A stretch of DNA of 64,000 nt from Marsupella aquatica (GCA_973895155.1 OZ316892.1:30807802-30871801); one strand, 5' to 3'; counted from the stretch's first letter, positions 25,301 through 39,500 are shown. Program-made: numbers and translations. The notes: generated by a model from the letters alone, not told the origin.

Positions 25301-26958
25301 GAGAGGGCTACCTTGGAAAAGGAGTTGGAGGAAGCCCACAGGGAGCAGGAGGAGGCCAAAAACGAGCTGGAGGGGGCACGTAAGGACCTGGATGAGACCC
25401 AGGAGGAGTTGGAGGAAATCATGAGGAAGATGGAGAACCTACAGCGGCGGGCCGACAACCAAACAGAGCGGCTGAAGAAACAAGCCGCAGTATTTAAATG
25501 CTTAGCTACAGCAGGACCATCTCCCGTTGGGGCGAACCAGTTACCAGGGGTGGAATTGCCGAAGGACCAACCGTGACACATGGCCCGGTGCCGAACGTGG
25601 GCGGCAAAGGGAACGAACCAGCTGTGGAGATAGTGAAGAAGAAGAAGCAAAAACCTTCGGGGTCCGGAGGTTATTCGACCCCTCAAGCCGTACTCAAACC
25701 GGCACCAACCTCCGGCATGAACACGGCAATAGATTCCGCTATCACCAAAGGTGGGGATGGTGCGGCCCAAGCCGAGCTACTCAGTAATGAGGCCGGTATC
25801 CCAGATCCACCCCTTGAGCAGGCCGGGGAGACAGTGGCCAAAGCTGATGCCGAAGCCGAGGCTGAGGCCGTAGCCAAGAATGATTCCCGAGCCGATGCCG
25901 AGGCCGAGGGTGGGCCTAGTCAGGCCGATGGAGAGTTGACTCAGTCAAGGGCAGGTAATCTGTCAGTAGACGGGCCAACGGCAGTGGCTGAGGAGGAAGC
26001 ATTGGGGGCGTCCATTGGGGATCCACCACCGGTGTCATGACGGTGCAAGGGCGCCGTTCCTTTTAGGAAGGGCGGACGTGGAGGTAGGAGGCGTGAGTGG
26101 GCAGGGCGGGCGCTGATCTCCAAGTTTAAAATTAGGATCAGGACCAGGAGACGGCCCTGACACTTAGATTAGTGGGATTGCTAATCCACTGGTAGGAGCA
26201 ACACTTGTGCCCCTGCCTTGCTGTACATAGGTAGATCCGGGCAGGTAGATTCTGTTAGGTAGATTAGGCTTACGCTGCAAAGAATTTGGCGGATCCGCTA
26301 CCAGGATAAGTACCTGGGCTGCGGGGAGCTCAGGGCCTCTTCTTTAGCAAGTTTTTAGTTTGCACCAGCCGGGCTGGGATCAAGTAGTAAGAGAAGCTCT
26401 CGGTTAGTCATACAGTGACCTTGTGTATATTCATGTTTCCTCATGCCTAAGAGCTGAATAGAGTTGGCCTCACGGCTTAGTTCGCAGAGCTTGTGTATGA
26501 GATGTACTATTTTTATGGCAAGTGCATGGTATGACTCAGTCAGAAGGAGTCATTTTACTATTTGTGTGTCGCATTAACTTGTGTGAAGAGTGCCCACATC
26601 AACTAATAGGAGAAGGAAAGTAAGCAAGGGAGTGAGAGTTGGATGTGTCGAGCTGAGAGAGGTCTTAGCGGCTTAACCAAGCCTATTGGGGATCATTCCG
26701 GCGGCGAAATCCAAATATACCTAACCAGAAGGAGAGGAAGACAAGGGAAGGCCTAGAGTAGGCCGGCTACATATCTCATGACCCGATGAAGGATCTGTCC
26801 AGTATATGTGTGTAAAATGTTAATAGTAGTAGTAGAAGGAGGTTAGCAGCGTCCCATGCCGCTAAGCTGAGGAAACGGCCCCGCCAAGCGCGAAACTTGC
26901 GGGAATCGGCTTGTGCTGGGGGGTTTCTTGGGTTTAGGGAGCCATGGGACGCACCACA
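22343..26958 (+). mobile_element. Family A solo LTR, 4616 bp, GCAGC TSD, inserted inside another family A LTR
   Basis: gcagc at 22338-22342 and 26959-26963. The host ORF reads ...EDLLMQ before the insertion and resumes QQPGMQNLLK after it. Confidence 0.93.
22458..26040 (+). pseudogene. Most complete copy of the family A LTR ORF (about 1,200 codons; a few stops and a frameshift)
   Basis: ORFs 22458..22970, 23007..24209, 24218..25576 and 25498..26040 are colinear. Confidence 0.85.
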
Positions 26959-29900
26959 GCAGCAACCAGGCATGCAAAATCTGCTGAAATTGTTGGAGAA
27001 GGAAAGAAGAACGGCAACGGCAACGGGGCCAGCACAGAATACTGCTTCCGAAGTCGGCCTTAGCCAACTTACCAGGGAAAACCCCTTTACCGGAGCCAAG
27101 GAGAGAAGGAGGCCGGAACACGAGCCGGGAGTCCGAATGTATGTAGGAGCTTCAAGTCCCAAAGCTGAGGAGAAGCAGCCCAAGGCCCCTGGTCACGACA
27201 AGGAGAAGATGAGATCAACGTGGAAGCCGGAGGATCCAAAACCCGTGATCTGTGGGGTTGTGTTCACGGCAGGACCAGGAGAACAGAGGGGGAAGCCGGG
27301 AGTCCAAGCAGTGGAGGAGGCGGTGGAGGACTACAACAATGATAACTCCGACTATGGGTTGGATCATCATGTTCCAGGAATAAGGACCTGTGGCAGGTTC
27401 ATCCCCACTCTTCCAAGAGTAATTCGAGGGGACCCCACCCAACAGAGCAGCCCCAAGTCCCCCCCACCAGATGTCGCTCCCCCGAGTTTTGACGACATAA
27501 GACAGACGGCACAGGAGTTTTAGGAGCGACTCAGAGAGGAAGAGAAGCAGTCATGGCTAGGGAGAAAGATTTACTAGGAGGAGATTGGCCGGAGGACATC
27601 AGGCGGCTTGCCAAAAAAAGAAGCAACCCTCTTGCCACCATAGAAGAAATCCGCAAGGCGGCTTGGGAACAGAGGCCGAGGTGGTTGATGTCGATGACTT
27701 CTTCTTACTCCACCTATGCTAAAGATAGAGCCATGGAGTACGGGGAGATGTGTGGGGAACTTGCGCTCAACATCTTTGGGGAGGAGTTGGAGCAGGGTCC
27801 CTTTTTCTAGAGGGAGATATTGAAGAAGCACCAATTAGAAGAAGCGGTGGCTTTGGAGAGAAGCAAGAAGGACGAGGTCATCCGGCGGCTTAGGGAGAGG
27901 GAAGCCGAGGTAAAAGACCTGAAGGCATCCAAGAAAGCCCAAGATGAGCTACGGATTAAACGGCATGAGCTAAACATCATGCAGGGGCAGTTGGATACCG
28001 CACAGTCTGATAATCAGATTATCAAGGATAAACTGACTTAGAGCCAAGGAGAGTTGGCCAAGGCGGTCAAAGATAGGGAGAAGTGGAAGCGAGAGCTGAG
28101 AGACGCAGAGGAGGCCCACATAGCAGCCAACAACCGGGCCATGGCGAAGACTCAGAGAAGGGAGAGGGCGTTGAAAGGGGAACTTGAGGATATCCATGGA
28201 GCCCTTGAGCAGAAGGAGGCCGAGTTAGGGAAATCCTATCAGGCGATTATCGTGCTGCGGCAGGAGCTCGCATCCATGACGGCTAGTTTCAAGGCCGACC
28301 TCCGCAAGAAAGACGACCAGCTCGACCAGACTTATGCCAAGATGAATAAAATGGAGTCTGAGGTCGTGGCGGAGCTCGACAAGGAGCTAAGAGCAACCCA
28401 GGAGGAGAGGGCTACCTTAAAGAAAGAGTTGGAGGAAGCCCAAAAAAAGTTGGAAGAAGCCCAGAAGGAGCTGAAGGAGGCAAGGAAGGACCTGGATGAA
28501 TTGCAGGAGGAGTTGGAGGAAAGCACGCGGAAGATGGAGAACTTACAGCGGCGGGCCGACAACCAAACGGAGCGGCTGAAGAAACAGGCCGCAGTATTTA
28601 AGTGCTTGGCTTCCTCAGGACCAGCTCCTGGGGCAACCAAGTTACCTGGTGTAGTACTGGCCGAAGGAGAAGCCAAGACACTTGCACCGGTGCCGGAGGT
28701 AAGTGACAAGGGGAAGGGGCCAGCTGCCGAACCAAAGAAGAAGCAAAAACCTTCTAGGTCAGGGAGTACTACGGCTCCTCAAGCCGTCATGACCAAGGAG
28801 GTAAACCCAACACCAATCTCCGGCATGGTCACGACAATGGATCCACCTGTCAAGGAAGGTGGGGATGGCAAAGCCAAGGCCGGGATAACTATTGATGAAG
28901 CCGTGGTGGCAAACCCACCACTAGAGCCAGCCGAGGAAACCATACCCGAGGAAGCCGTGGCCGATACTGATGCTGAAGCCGAAGGTGGACCCAGTCAGGC
29001 TGATGAAGAGTTGACTCGGTCCGGGGTAGGTAATTTGTCAGAGGAAGGACCGACGGCAGTGGCTGCGGGGGAAGCGTTGGGGGCGTCCATTGAGGATCCA
29101 CCACCAGTGTCGTGACGGTGCAAGGGCGCCGTTCCTTTTAGGAAGGGCGGACGTGGAGGTAGGAGGCGTGAGTGGGCAGGGCGGGCGCTGATCTCCAAGT
29201 TTAGGCTGAGGATCAGGACCAGGAGACGGCCCTGACACTTAGATTAGTGGGATTGCTAATCCACTGGTAGGAGCAACACTTGTACTCCTACCTCGCTGTA
29301 CATAGGTAGATTACAGGTAGGATAGATTAAGCTTACGCTGCTAAGAATTGGCGGATCCACTACCAGGATAAGTACCTAGGCAGCAGGGAGTCCAGGGCCT
29401 CTTTCTTAGCAAGTTTTTAGTTGCACCAGCAGGGCTGGGATCAAGTAGTAAGAGAAGCTCTTGGTTAGTTATACAGTGACCCTTGTGTATATTCATGTTT
29501 CCTCATGCCTAAGAGCTTAATAGAGTTGGCCTCACGGCTTAGTTCGCAGGAACTTGTGTATGAGATGTACTGTTTGTATGGCAAGTGCATGGTATAACTC
29601 AGTCAGAAGGAGTCATTTTGCTATTTGTGTGTCGCATTAACTTGTGCAAAGAGTGCCCACATCAACTAATAGATGAAGGGAAGTAAGCAAGGGAGTGAGA
29701 GTTGGATGTGTTGAGCTGAGAGAGGTCTTAGCGGCTTAACCAAGCCAATTGGGGATCATTCCGGCGGCGGAATCCAAATATACCTAACAAGACGAAGGGG
29801 AAGACGAGGGAAGGCCTAGATTAGGCCGGCTACGTATCTCATGACCCGATGAAGGATCTGTCCAGTATATGTGTGTAAAATGTTAATAGTAGTAGTAGAA

Positions 29901-30025
29901 GGAAGTTAGCAGCGTCCCATGCCGCTAAGCCACGGAAACGGCCTCGCCGAGGACGAAACCTGCGGGAATCGGCCTACGCAGGGGGGTTTCTTGGGTTTGG
30001 GGAGCCATGGGACGCACCACATTTT

Positions 30026-30043
30026 TGGCGCTAGATGGAGGGG
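30026..30043 (+). promoter_or_regulatory. Primer-binding site complementary to the 3' end of plant tRNA-Asn
   Basis: TGGCGCTAGATGGAGGGG, 4 nt after the LTR CA end. One mismatch to TGGCGCTAGAAGGAGGGG (plant tRNA-Asn end recalled from memory). Confidence 0.8.
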
Positions 30044-30089
30044 GCATTTCTTAAGCCGTGAGATATGAAGATAGGAAGAAGTGTAGGTA

Positions 30090-30966
30090 ATGACTGAACC
30101 TACGCCAAGGGAAGAAAGAGCGATTCAACGGGAGAGAGCTCGTTTGCAGCAGCTCGCCGGGTGGCATGATACACAGCGACTGAGAGGGGCAAAAAGAGCT
30201 AGTAGCTTCGTAACTGAAAGTGGCATTGAAGAAGACATACCAGAAGAAGAGTCGGCAAGGAGAAGTGAGTCTCCAACCGACATGGGGGAACCAAAGGCAC
30301 GGCCAGACGAGAGGCCAGGGACCAGACTGAGCCAACGGTCGCGCATTCATTACAAGGCCTTTCATGGAAGAGGAGATGAGGATCCGGACGAATGGTTGGA
30401 TGACTTTGAAGGAACCGCTGCAGCAAATGGAGAATCGGCCATCAAGATGCAGATTTTCCCGGCCTGTTCAAGGGTGAGGCTAGGCCCTGGTACAGAGCAT
30501 TGGATGTGGAAGATCAAGCCATCTAGCATACCTTCAAATCACTATTTGTCAAAGAGTTTCGACCCATTGGAACTTCAGAGTTAGCAGTGCTGAAGTTGGG
30601 ACGACTTCGGTTCAAGGAGAACAAATCCTTCAGAAAGTTCTTGCAATGCTTCCAAAAGCTGGTAAGACGTACAAAGACCAATGCATCTGAAGGTATGCAA
30701 CTTCAATGGTTAGTGAATGCTTTGCCACAGAAGATGAGTTTTGCAATTAGGAAGGAGAACCCAGAGACTTTAGCCGAGGCAATTAGAGATATTCAATTAT
30801 ACATTAATGCGGACATCACAAGCCGGGAGAAATAGCTCAAGTCTGAGAGTTCCTCATCGGAGGAGGGATCACCCCATAAGAAAAAAGATAAGAAAAAGAA
30901 ACATTCTAAGAAGTCAAGAAGTGATAACTCAAGCTCGGATAGTGGAAGTAGCAAGAGTGAGTCATC
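30090..30966 (+). pseudogene. gag: Ty3/gypsy gag, N-terminal part, frameshifted and interrupted by a LINE
   Basis: YKAFHGRGDEDPDEWLDDFE...; FRKFLQCFQKLV..WLVNALP..IRKENPETLAEAI are retrotransposon gag capsid-like motifs, directly after the PBS. Confidence 0.8.
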
Positions 30967-33900
30967 TTTTTTTAATTTTTTTTTTAATTTTAAAATTAAA
31001 CATTTATTCCGCGTGAACCCCATGGATGGGGGGAACCAGCAGGCCCAAGGGCAATAGAAGCCAGAAAGGCCAAGAAGAACACATAAAGCCAACAGGCGAG
31101 TGTACTTGAGAGTCAAGAAAAAGTGCCACACAATCCAAAGCCTACAGTCTTCTCAGGAGCACCTACCAATCCCAGAGCAGTACCCTAATCAAAAACCTCC
31201 AACCGGGTTGCAGATTGCCCAGTCCATAAAACGGGAAAGATCCCAACAGTCACCAGCCCACAAACAGTAGGCACCCCATCTCCATCTGTCAACAGAATCT
31301 ACCAGCCCCACAGCCATCTAGCAAGCCTATGTAGCAAATCTAATTCCCCTTTGTGAAATCAAACAAGCCCTGATGTTCCCTACCAACTCCTTGGCACGGA
31401 GAAGTCGGGTGTGTTTCCTGCTTGGAGGAGAAGATCTCCCAGCCGCCAATAACATGTCATTTACCTCAAATAAAACCAATGAAAGATCGAAGCTTCTTCT
31501 CTTCCTATGATCAAATGTCTGCTCATTTCTGCCCAGCCATAACGTCCACAAGACCTGAAATAGAATACAGGCCTTCAGTGTGCTAACACAATCCCTCCCC
31601 ACAGTGGAGTCCAGCAAGCGGAGAAGAGCCAAAATAGGCCAGTTGAACCATCCAGCTAGACAGTCCTGTGTTACCTGCCAGCAACGCCAAGCATGTCTGC
31701 ACTCAAAAAAGATATGAGAAATTGATTCCCAAGCATCATGACCCAGCAGACATCGTCTGTTTCCTTTCCCAATTTTCAATGCCCGCACTCTAGAGAACAG
31801 ACCCTGCGCAGTGATCCTCCATATAAAGATCTTGGCACGTGTAGAGATATCAAGTGTCCATAAATTGAGCCATAACTTACTCCATTCTCTCTCTGTCCTA
31901 GTACCTCCCCAGATCCTATTGAGTCGATTCATCTCCGAACCTTTTGGCCTAAACAATTGATAGATCCTCCTGTTATCAAGCCTAAACATTCTCAGCCTAT
32001 CTTCACTGTCAATCCAACGCCATGAAGCAGGTCTAGTAAGTCTAGTAGAAGCCCCAGCCAAACAAGTCCTAGCAGAAGAGATCACTCCAATCACCTCCAT
32101 ACAAAGGGTTCTGAGTGCCTGATCAATTCCACGAATCCTGTCCAATCGTTCTGCCACCGAGATCCAACATCTCTTACTCCCTGACCATAGTGCATCAACT
32201 CTCTTAAGGCCAATACGGCCACAGACCTCAACAACCGAGTTCAGACAGTCCTCCGGTAGAGATTGAAATCCTTCCAGACATTTGATCAGTTCAGAAAAAC
32301 CCCAGTGCCCTGGGATAGCTCCATCCCGAGGGCAAAAAACCAAGAATAACCTAAGTGGTTCCCAAGCCTTCCATAGACTCCCAGTATACCTCAATTTACC
32401 AAAATTTGCTGGTGAACAAAGTAAAATCCTATCTATCATTGAATAGCCATTTCTTCTAATATTCTTATAATTTTTCCACTTAGCCAAACAAAGATTAGCC
32501 CCAAAAAGCAGGGCCCACTCTGTAGTGGTCCAAAGCTTTAGTAAACCACTAACACAGCAAAGCATCCGAATGGACCTGAAAGTCCATGAAGCCTAAACCG
32601 CCCATCACCTTGGGTCGAGTCAAGGTACCCCAGGCCACCAGCGGGACCTTCCTCCCACCAGCCGAATTATAGCCCCAAAGAAAGTTACGACAAAGCGTTG
32701 TCATCTTTTTCCCTAGTGCTACAGAGGACTTTAGAAACATCATATGATAAATTGGTATTGCCTGCAGCACATGTTTAACCAGTAGAGCTCGCCCGGTGAA
32801 CAATAGAAGTCGAGTAGTCCAACATGACAACCTAAGCGCAATTTTATCCAAACAAAAGTCATGCAGTTTAGTTGTTAAAAGGTCCCAGCCAAAGGGAGCC
32901 CCCAGATACCGTTGCACCTCCCCAGATCCACTGATAGTATACCCAGATTGAGCCAGCCACTCAAGTATCACCTCAAGCGCCAAAGGTATTATCACTGACT
33001 TGCGGAGGTTCAGGCGAGCCCCGGAGGCCAACTCATAGACAGCCAGCGCATCCCTAGTTTGAACAAAAGCCACCTCTGTGGCCGGTATAACCATACCCAG
33101 GTCATCCGCAAACAATCGATAGCAGAGAGTCATTCCAGGTGTAATCTGAATTCCACTAAGTCTTCTTGATTTAATCTCAGCATCCAGAAAGTCCATCAGA
33201 GGTTGCATAGAGATGGCGAACAGCAGAGGTGCGAGCGGGCAGCCCTGTCTCACCCCCCGTAGCAACGACACCTCCCCTGAGAACATTCCATTTACATGGA
33301 TCCGAGAAGCAGAATTGCTTAATAGACCCTTCACCAGCAAAATAAAATGTGCGCTCAGCCCAAGTAGGTGCATTGTCTCCCAGATATAAGAGTGACTGAC
33401 TCGATCAAAGGCCTTCTCAAAGTCCAATTTCAGAAAAAGGGACTCACATTTGTTATGCTTAACCCAATCCTCTGTAAGCCATGCAATAGAAATATTCTCA
33501 AGAATATGTCTCCCCGGAATGAATCCAGTCTGCTGCACACTGATAAGGGAAGGGAGCAGCACTTTCAACCTCACAGCCAGCAGTTTAGCAATGATCTTGT
33601 ATACAGTGTTTAGCATCGTGAGTGGCCTCCAGTCTTTCAGTCTTCTCTTATCAGGCTTCTTGGGGATGAATTTGATTATCCCCAACTTGATAGAGCAAGC
33701 CAGATCCCCATTCACCCAAAAAGCCTCTATCATTCTCATCATGTCATCCTTCATAAAGGACCAGCATCATATGAAAACCTCAATTGTGAGGCCATCAGGC
33801 CCGGGGGCCTTATCCGCAGGTAGCATCCAAATTGTCTCTTCCACCTCTTTAAGTAAAGGAAGGGCCTCCAGTAGCCTCGATTGTGCCTCAGTCAATGCCT

Positions 33901-36210
33901 TCCTGGTATTTCCTAATAGCCGTTGTCGTGCCTCCCTTACCGCCCGAGCTTCAGACTCAGAAGACCCCTCAGGAGCAAAGAGCAAAGAGCATTGCTTCTT
34001 GACCTCAAGCAGTACGTCCATCTCAGAAGAGAGCGTTGTCCCGTCTTCCAAGAGCAACGAAGGCATTGCCTCCCTACTGCGCTTAGCTCTAACCGTCGCA
34101 AAATAGAAGCAAGAGGGCTCATCACCCTCCCCAAGCCACTTGATTCTTGCCAATCTTTGCCCTAGTTGAGCCTCATCCTGTTCTGCAATTCTCATCTCAT
34201 CCTCTACCGTTAAAAAATCTTTAAGCATTGTTTCCGAGTACTCGCCCATCATTGCCACCTTCAGCGATCTAAGTTTGTCTCTAATAGCCTCTAGAGCCAC
34301 TGTTTTGTCCATTGGGGTACCTTGAATTCTTTTCAGGCACTCATAGAGTCTCTTTTTTGCTTGAACAAATCTCAGATGTGGGTCAGTAACCAGCAGGTTT
34401 CCATCTTCCCAAGCAGCACGCAGTTGATTCCAATTTTCCTCTGATTGTAAGAACGCAGGATTTGCTTTAAAGTACAATGATTTCCTGCTTACCCCAGCTT
34501 CTTCTATCCGTGCCATTTGAATTTCTACCAGCACAGGATCATGATCAGACAGAGCAGAACCACCATCATGCCTAACCATGATAAGCCGCCCAAGCCACCA
34601 TCCTTGCTCACTGAAGTAGAATCGATCCAGACAAGATTGCATTACCCTCCCAAAACGAGTTTTCCGCCATGTAAACCGAGAGCCTGTAACTTCTCCCAGA
34701 ATATTCACCGCATCCTCCAAATCAAGCCGCAATTTCAGAAATCGCTAGAACTCCAATTCACGCCCCCGAAGGAGTGGGGAGGCCCCAGTCGAATCCTCCC
34801 CACCTTCAATCATATTGAAATCTCCACATAGAATCCATCTATCATGCGGGAGTACCTCCTTAATTTCATTCCAGAGTAGGACATGCTCACGAGAACTATT
34901 CGGAGCATAGATACTCATCAACCCAAAGTTCCCTTTCTCATGCTCCACCTGTACCCACACTGCTCTGCCCTTATCCACCTGTCCAGTAGCAATAACCTTC
35001 AATGATGGATGCATCATAATAGCTGAACCTCCCTTCCCCTCGTCAGGAGCAGATGAGAAACATTGATATCCCGAAAAAATAGTCCGCAATGCAAGATCCA
35101 AACGAAATTGATCAGCTTTCACCTCCTGTAATGCCAATGCCATCAGTGGACAATGGAGAGAACGAATCCAGTCCTTCACAATGTGCTTCCGATTAGGATC
35201 ACACAGCCCACAAACATTCCAGGAGGCAAAAGTCCACGAAGGATCCATTCCTCACTCGACCCCAAGGCCCCGGGTGGTCCCTCACAACCTCGGAAAGTAG
35301 CCACTACTCGGAGGGGTATCCATCACAAGGGGCATCATCTCCTCCCGCCCCTTAGAGTCCAATGCACGTTCTTCCTTGCCTCTAACAGTACTCATCTCTC
35401 CACTCACTTTAGCCATCCTCACTACCCTATTCCTTCCTTCCTCCACTCCACTCGCCTGGTCAATCATCATCACTCCCCCTTCACCCTGCATTAGCGAAGG
35501 TTCAAAATGTAAGGAACGCTGTTTCTTGGGTTCTTTCTTCCCTTTATGTTTCTTCTCAACCGGTGGAGTTCTTCTTTCTAATTTCCGTGCTCGTTCCTTT
35601 TTCAATTGGCTTTTTGAAATGTACTTTTCATACTCTGAGAGCTCCAACTCAAATTCCCCATGATAAGACAATCTCTCATCCATCCCAGCTTCCTCAGTAA
35701 TGTTCCCCCCTGATAAAGTAGCAACCTCCATCATAGCCTCAACCGCTGCAATAGATTCCTCCACAGTAGCAGAGCGGCTAGGTTCACTCAGACTCTCAGC
35801 AATCCCTCCTGAAGTAGCCAGCAAACATCCAGTTCCCTCCCCCAGAGTCAGCCATTGAGAGTCAATTACAATCAAGGGGGGCAAAATAATTTGCCCAGTC
35901 AGAGGCACCACAACAATCAATGATGGTGGTTCCCCAAGCAAGGACAACCCTCCAGCCAAAATCTCCTGTGTCGCATTCCTTCCCAAATCAAAGGCAGCCT
36001 CAATCCGGGTAGCCCATCCCACAGGCATCGTCTTTGCAATTCCAACTCCAGAACCCAAATCCCTTTCTAAAGGCACCGACAAGTGCTCTTCCTCCTTGAC
36101 AAGTACTTTTGACAACATAAGTTTGTCTTTCCCTCAATTTAATCTGTGCTCTTTCTTTCTTTTGAGGTCGGCTTTTCCTTACCATAACTTGAGAATACTC
36201 CCTCTTCCTC
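30967..36210 (-). mobile_element. L1-clade LINE (ORF2 plus ORF1 C-terminal part), A-rich tail at about 30967-31000
   Basis: T-rich tract on plus at the junction with gag; EN-RT-zf ORF2; upstream low-complexity ORF 35282..36118. Confidence 0.85.
31327..35248 (-). pseudogene. LINE ORF2: APE endonuclease, reverse transcriptase and zf-RVT; stops and a frameshift
   Basis: SWNV, LQE, IYAPN, GDFN, LDRFY, SDH (EN); KAPGPDG, WRPLTMLN, KLDFEKAFD, GVRQGCPLAP, LFADD, YLG (RT); KIFIWR..C..ESISHIFFEC (zf-RVT). Confidence 0.95.
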
Positions 36211-36475
36211 TTCTAAGCACCACTTAATCTTTCTCTCTTGGCCTTAGCCTTCTTCCTTCTTTCCAGGATTATGGAGAGGTTTTCTTCTTCAACTCTTTCC
36301 CTAAATACAACTGGTGCATTTTCCACCGTGTAAGGTCGAATCTCTAGCCTTGGAATGGCCCATTCTCCAGTGGGGTCCATGATAACAATTATCAATGTGT
36401 TTTGTTCCAAAACCTTACAAATTCAATCCTTCATTTGGCATTCCCTGCCTGTACTTCAAATCAACCTTGATTTGT

Positions 36476-36493
36476 TCCCCGGCAGCGGCGCCA
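36476..36493 (-). promoter_or_regulatory. Primer-binding site complementary to tRNA-Asp (Athila-like)
   Basis: Minus strand reads TGGCGCCGCTGCCGGGGA, a few nt after an LTR-like ...aaactaca end at 36503. A short ORF follows (36213-36440), possibly the start of gag. Confidence 0.8.
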
Positions 36494-36502
36494 AAAATCT
36501 CA

Positions 36503-39500
36503 TGTAGTTTGCTATGAAGAACCAAAAACACACTTAAAGGTCTTCAAACTCGGTATTCGTTCCCGTAAAGAACAAGATGGGGTTGATTTGATACATAAAA
36601 ACACAAATGAGAGTTTAAGAACTCTCTTTAACACATAGTAATCAGGATTGATTACTTTACTAAGGTATTTTGAAGATCGCTCCACAGCGGTGAGTGGTTT
36701 TTAATGACAACTCAGCATCATGTAACCATAAATTAATGAAAAGGAAATGATTAACAAAACACAAGGAAAAATATCTCAAAGTATGCTAAGGGAGTCTGGA
36801 ATAGACCAAGGTTACTCCTTAGACATAAGTCAAAATGAAAAGACTTAAGGATTCAAATCCATATTGCTTTTCAGATCTAAATTGCTTACTAGAGTACCTT
36901 TTAAAATGTCGTCAACATGTCTTACCCTTTCTTTCTAAGTGGTACTCAGATAAGATCTAAAAGGTAGCTACTTCAACATTTAGGTGGTACTAAGCAACAT
37001 GAAAGAAAATCCATCAATTTCAATAAGACTTAAACTCAGTGAGTTAACTCCAAGAACTCGGGAGATTGTAATGAGTCACCCAAAGAGGAATCTGTCATCA
37101 CAACTCAAAAGATTTACACAACTGGAATTTTACTTCCCATGATTTATTCAAAGGATTAAATCACAAGAAGGAGGAAAGTCTTCTCCTGGTGTCAAGCTTG
37201 ATCTTGAACTCTTAACATTCATGATCAACTGGCAGAACACCAAGGAAAGGCAAAAATTGCTCAACTTTACCATCATCTACACTAGTGGTAGAGGGGTCTT
37301 ATAGTAAAAATCTACTGAGTGAGAGGTCACAGGGTCGAAGAGACATGCCTCTTCATACCCCTCAAAATTTTAAAATGGCGATTCAGTAAGTGAAAAGCCG
37401 GAAAAATGGCTAAGTATGAACTCGTAACTAGTAAATTATTAACTCGTAATCGGCTGTCTATCGGAACTCGTAATCGGAAACTAGTAACTCTTAAACTAGT
37501 AAAAGCTAAGTCGTAACTCGTAATTGCGATAAAGTAAAGACTTGATGAATTCAACTATTTTTAACTTCCTAACTATAAGTCAGAAAACTCTGCGATTTTG
37601 CCAGGAGGTTTTCCTAGGTACAGACTATACACTAAAGAAGTATGACAGCTTCCAAAGCTCTAGAATGCATTTCTAAAAATCAGATAAGATGCACTACTCT
37701 AAAAACTAACTAAAAGACTTCTTCAAGCTTGTTGTCGGATGTCGTCGGGTTCCAGCAACTCCACAAGGGTAACAATTTGGTTCTGAGTAACCTCTATCAG
37801 CTCAGCTTGGCGTGGGGATCCTCTGGAATATGGTAGGCACCTCAGTTGTCTCTCAGGATACATCAAAGGCATCCTCTTCATCAAATAACATGAATCAATA
37901 CGAAGGGCTTCTCTGTATATCCCGATCACATCATAGTTGTTGCAGGTAGCAGCATATACTTGGGGATAATGGTACAGGAACTCATCACTACTCATCATCC
38001 TGGAATAGAAGGGTCGAAGTCTCCATCTGACATCTCTGAAGTATCGGTTGAATTCAGCTAGAGTCTGAGAAGTGACATTATTCCAGATCCTCTGTTTCTC
38101 AGCCAATGTACTGGTTGAAACAAGGGTAACCTTAGGTCCTTGTGGTATGTAATCGTGTTGTAGAGTAGTAGACTTCTTGCTCTGCATCAGGAAGGAAACC
38201 ACAAAATCCAAGGCATAGGCTGCAAAGTTTCCAAAGTATGCCAGAACTAAGTCTGAATCCTCTACCTCTACATCACCTTGGAGTAGCATCATAGCAAGAA
38301 TAGGCCGAAAGTATATTGAGTCAATCCAGAACTCATCAAATTGTGCCATTTCCACTCTAGAAGTACCAAGACACCTAAGATCGAAGATGTAGCTTGCCTC
38401 AGTCTTCTTTAGATAGTAGTATCTCCAGAACTCTCCAACCGGTGGTCTGTTGGCCTGCATTATTTTGCAAGTGGTGGCATACCTGTGCACTTCTGACTGA
38501 GGACGTCTAGGGTACCTGCTTTCGATAGTAGCATTCCGAGGTGTTTGAGTAGATGAAGTGACAACTGCTACTAAGTCTGGATTGGATCTTAAGGCAGTAT
38601 CAACATCTTCAAATCCCTGCCTTGGGGATGACTCAAGAGAATTATCATAAGATCTATAAGTTTCACCATCTGAGGGTGGATCAGAGTCTTCAGGTAGATC
38701 TTTTCTGTCAAAAGGGTGCTCATATTGTGACCGATTGTAGGTGGGTCCTTCTGTGGGTTCGTAGTTGGAATCAGGGCTGTAAGGTTGCAAACCTGGGCTA
38801 GGAGTAGGACTAGCAGTTGGACATTGTTGGATCAAGTTGCGGACCACAGATGCCATCTGTCGAGGTTCACACTGTAGTAGTTCTAACAAGTCATCCACAA
38901 TGGCCACACAGCTGATACTATCTGTTACTGGAATAGGCTCACTTGTTTCTAGGGGAGGGGGGTGTACAGTGACAGGAGTACAGATCACAAATTCCATTGG
39001 TGCTGGTTCTCTTGGGGGAGAGGTCATTCTGACAGGACTTAGCTGATCATGAAATGGTGATCTCAAACTAACAGCCTCCATTCTCAAATTATTAACAGCG
39101 TCATATAGTCCATCATTACTGCAACTGAGGAGAGATGTCAACTTATCAATAAGCTACTGATTCGACTCTGCCTTCGAAGGAGTGGAGGAGTTGGTCCTTA
39201 GGTTGACAGTTGCAAGAGCCAGTTCAGCAACGTCGGCTGATTGCTCAGGAGAATCTCTGTCTTCTCCAGCTCCAGGTTGATCTCTCATATTAACTCTTGG
39301 TGAATACACCACGTTATGCAGATGGTGTCGAACCAGCTCTAAGTTATGAGCAGGTGTCCTATCTAACTCCATCTCAGCATCCACATTCTGATCATGAGAA
39401 TCCAGGGGAACAGCATCCACTGGTTCTTCCATACTTAGGTCTTCTTCAATGCCTAACTCAATCAGGAGCAGCCCTCTTTCCGTTTTCTCCTCTGGATATA

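Larger units (their letters stand above)
20730..30021 (+). mobile_element. Family A 5' LTR (about 4.67 kb net) of a gypsy element, with a nested family A solo LTR
   Basis: Starts tgtgatgcctaaccagg at 20730 and ends gggacgcaccaca at 30021. Followed by tttt, a PBS and gag. Confidence 0.9.

Noticed and set aside
30027-30033. GGCGCTA half-site of the MULE palindrome
   Set aside because: It is part of the tRNA-Asn PBS, so the match is coincidental.
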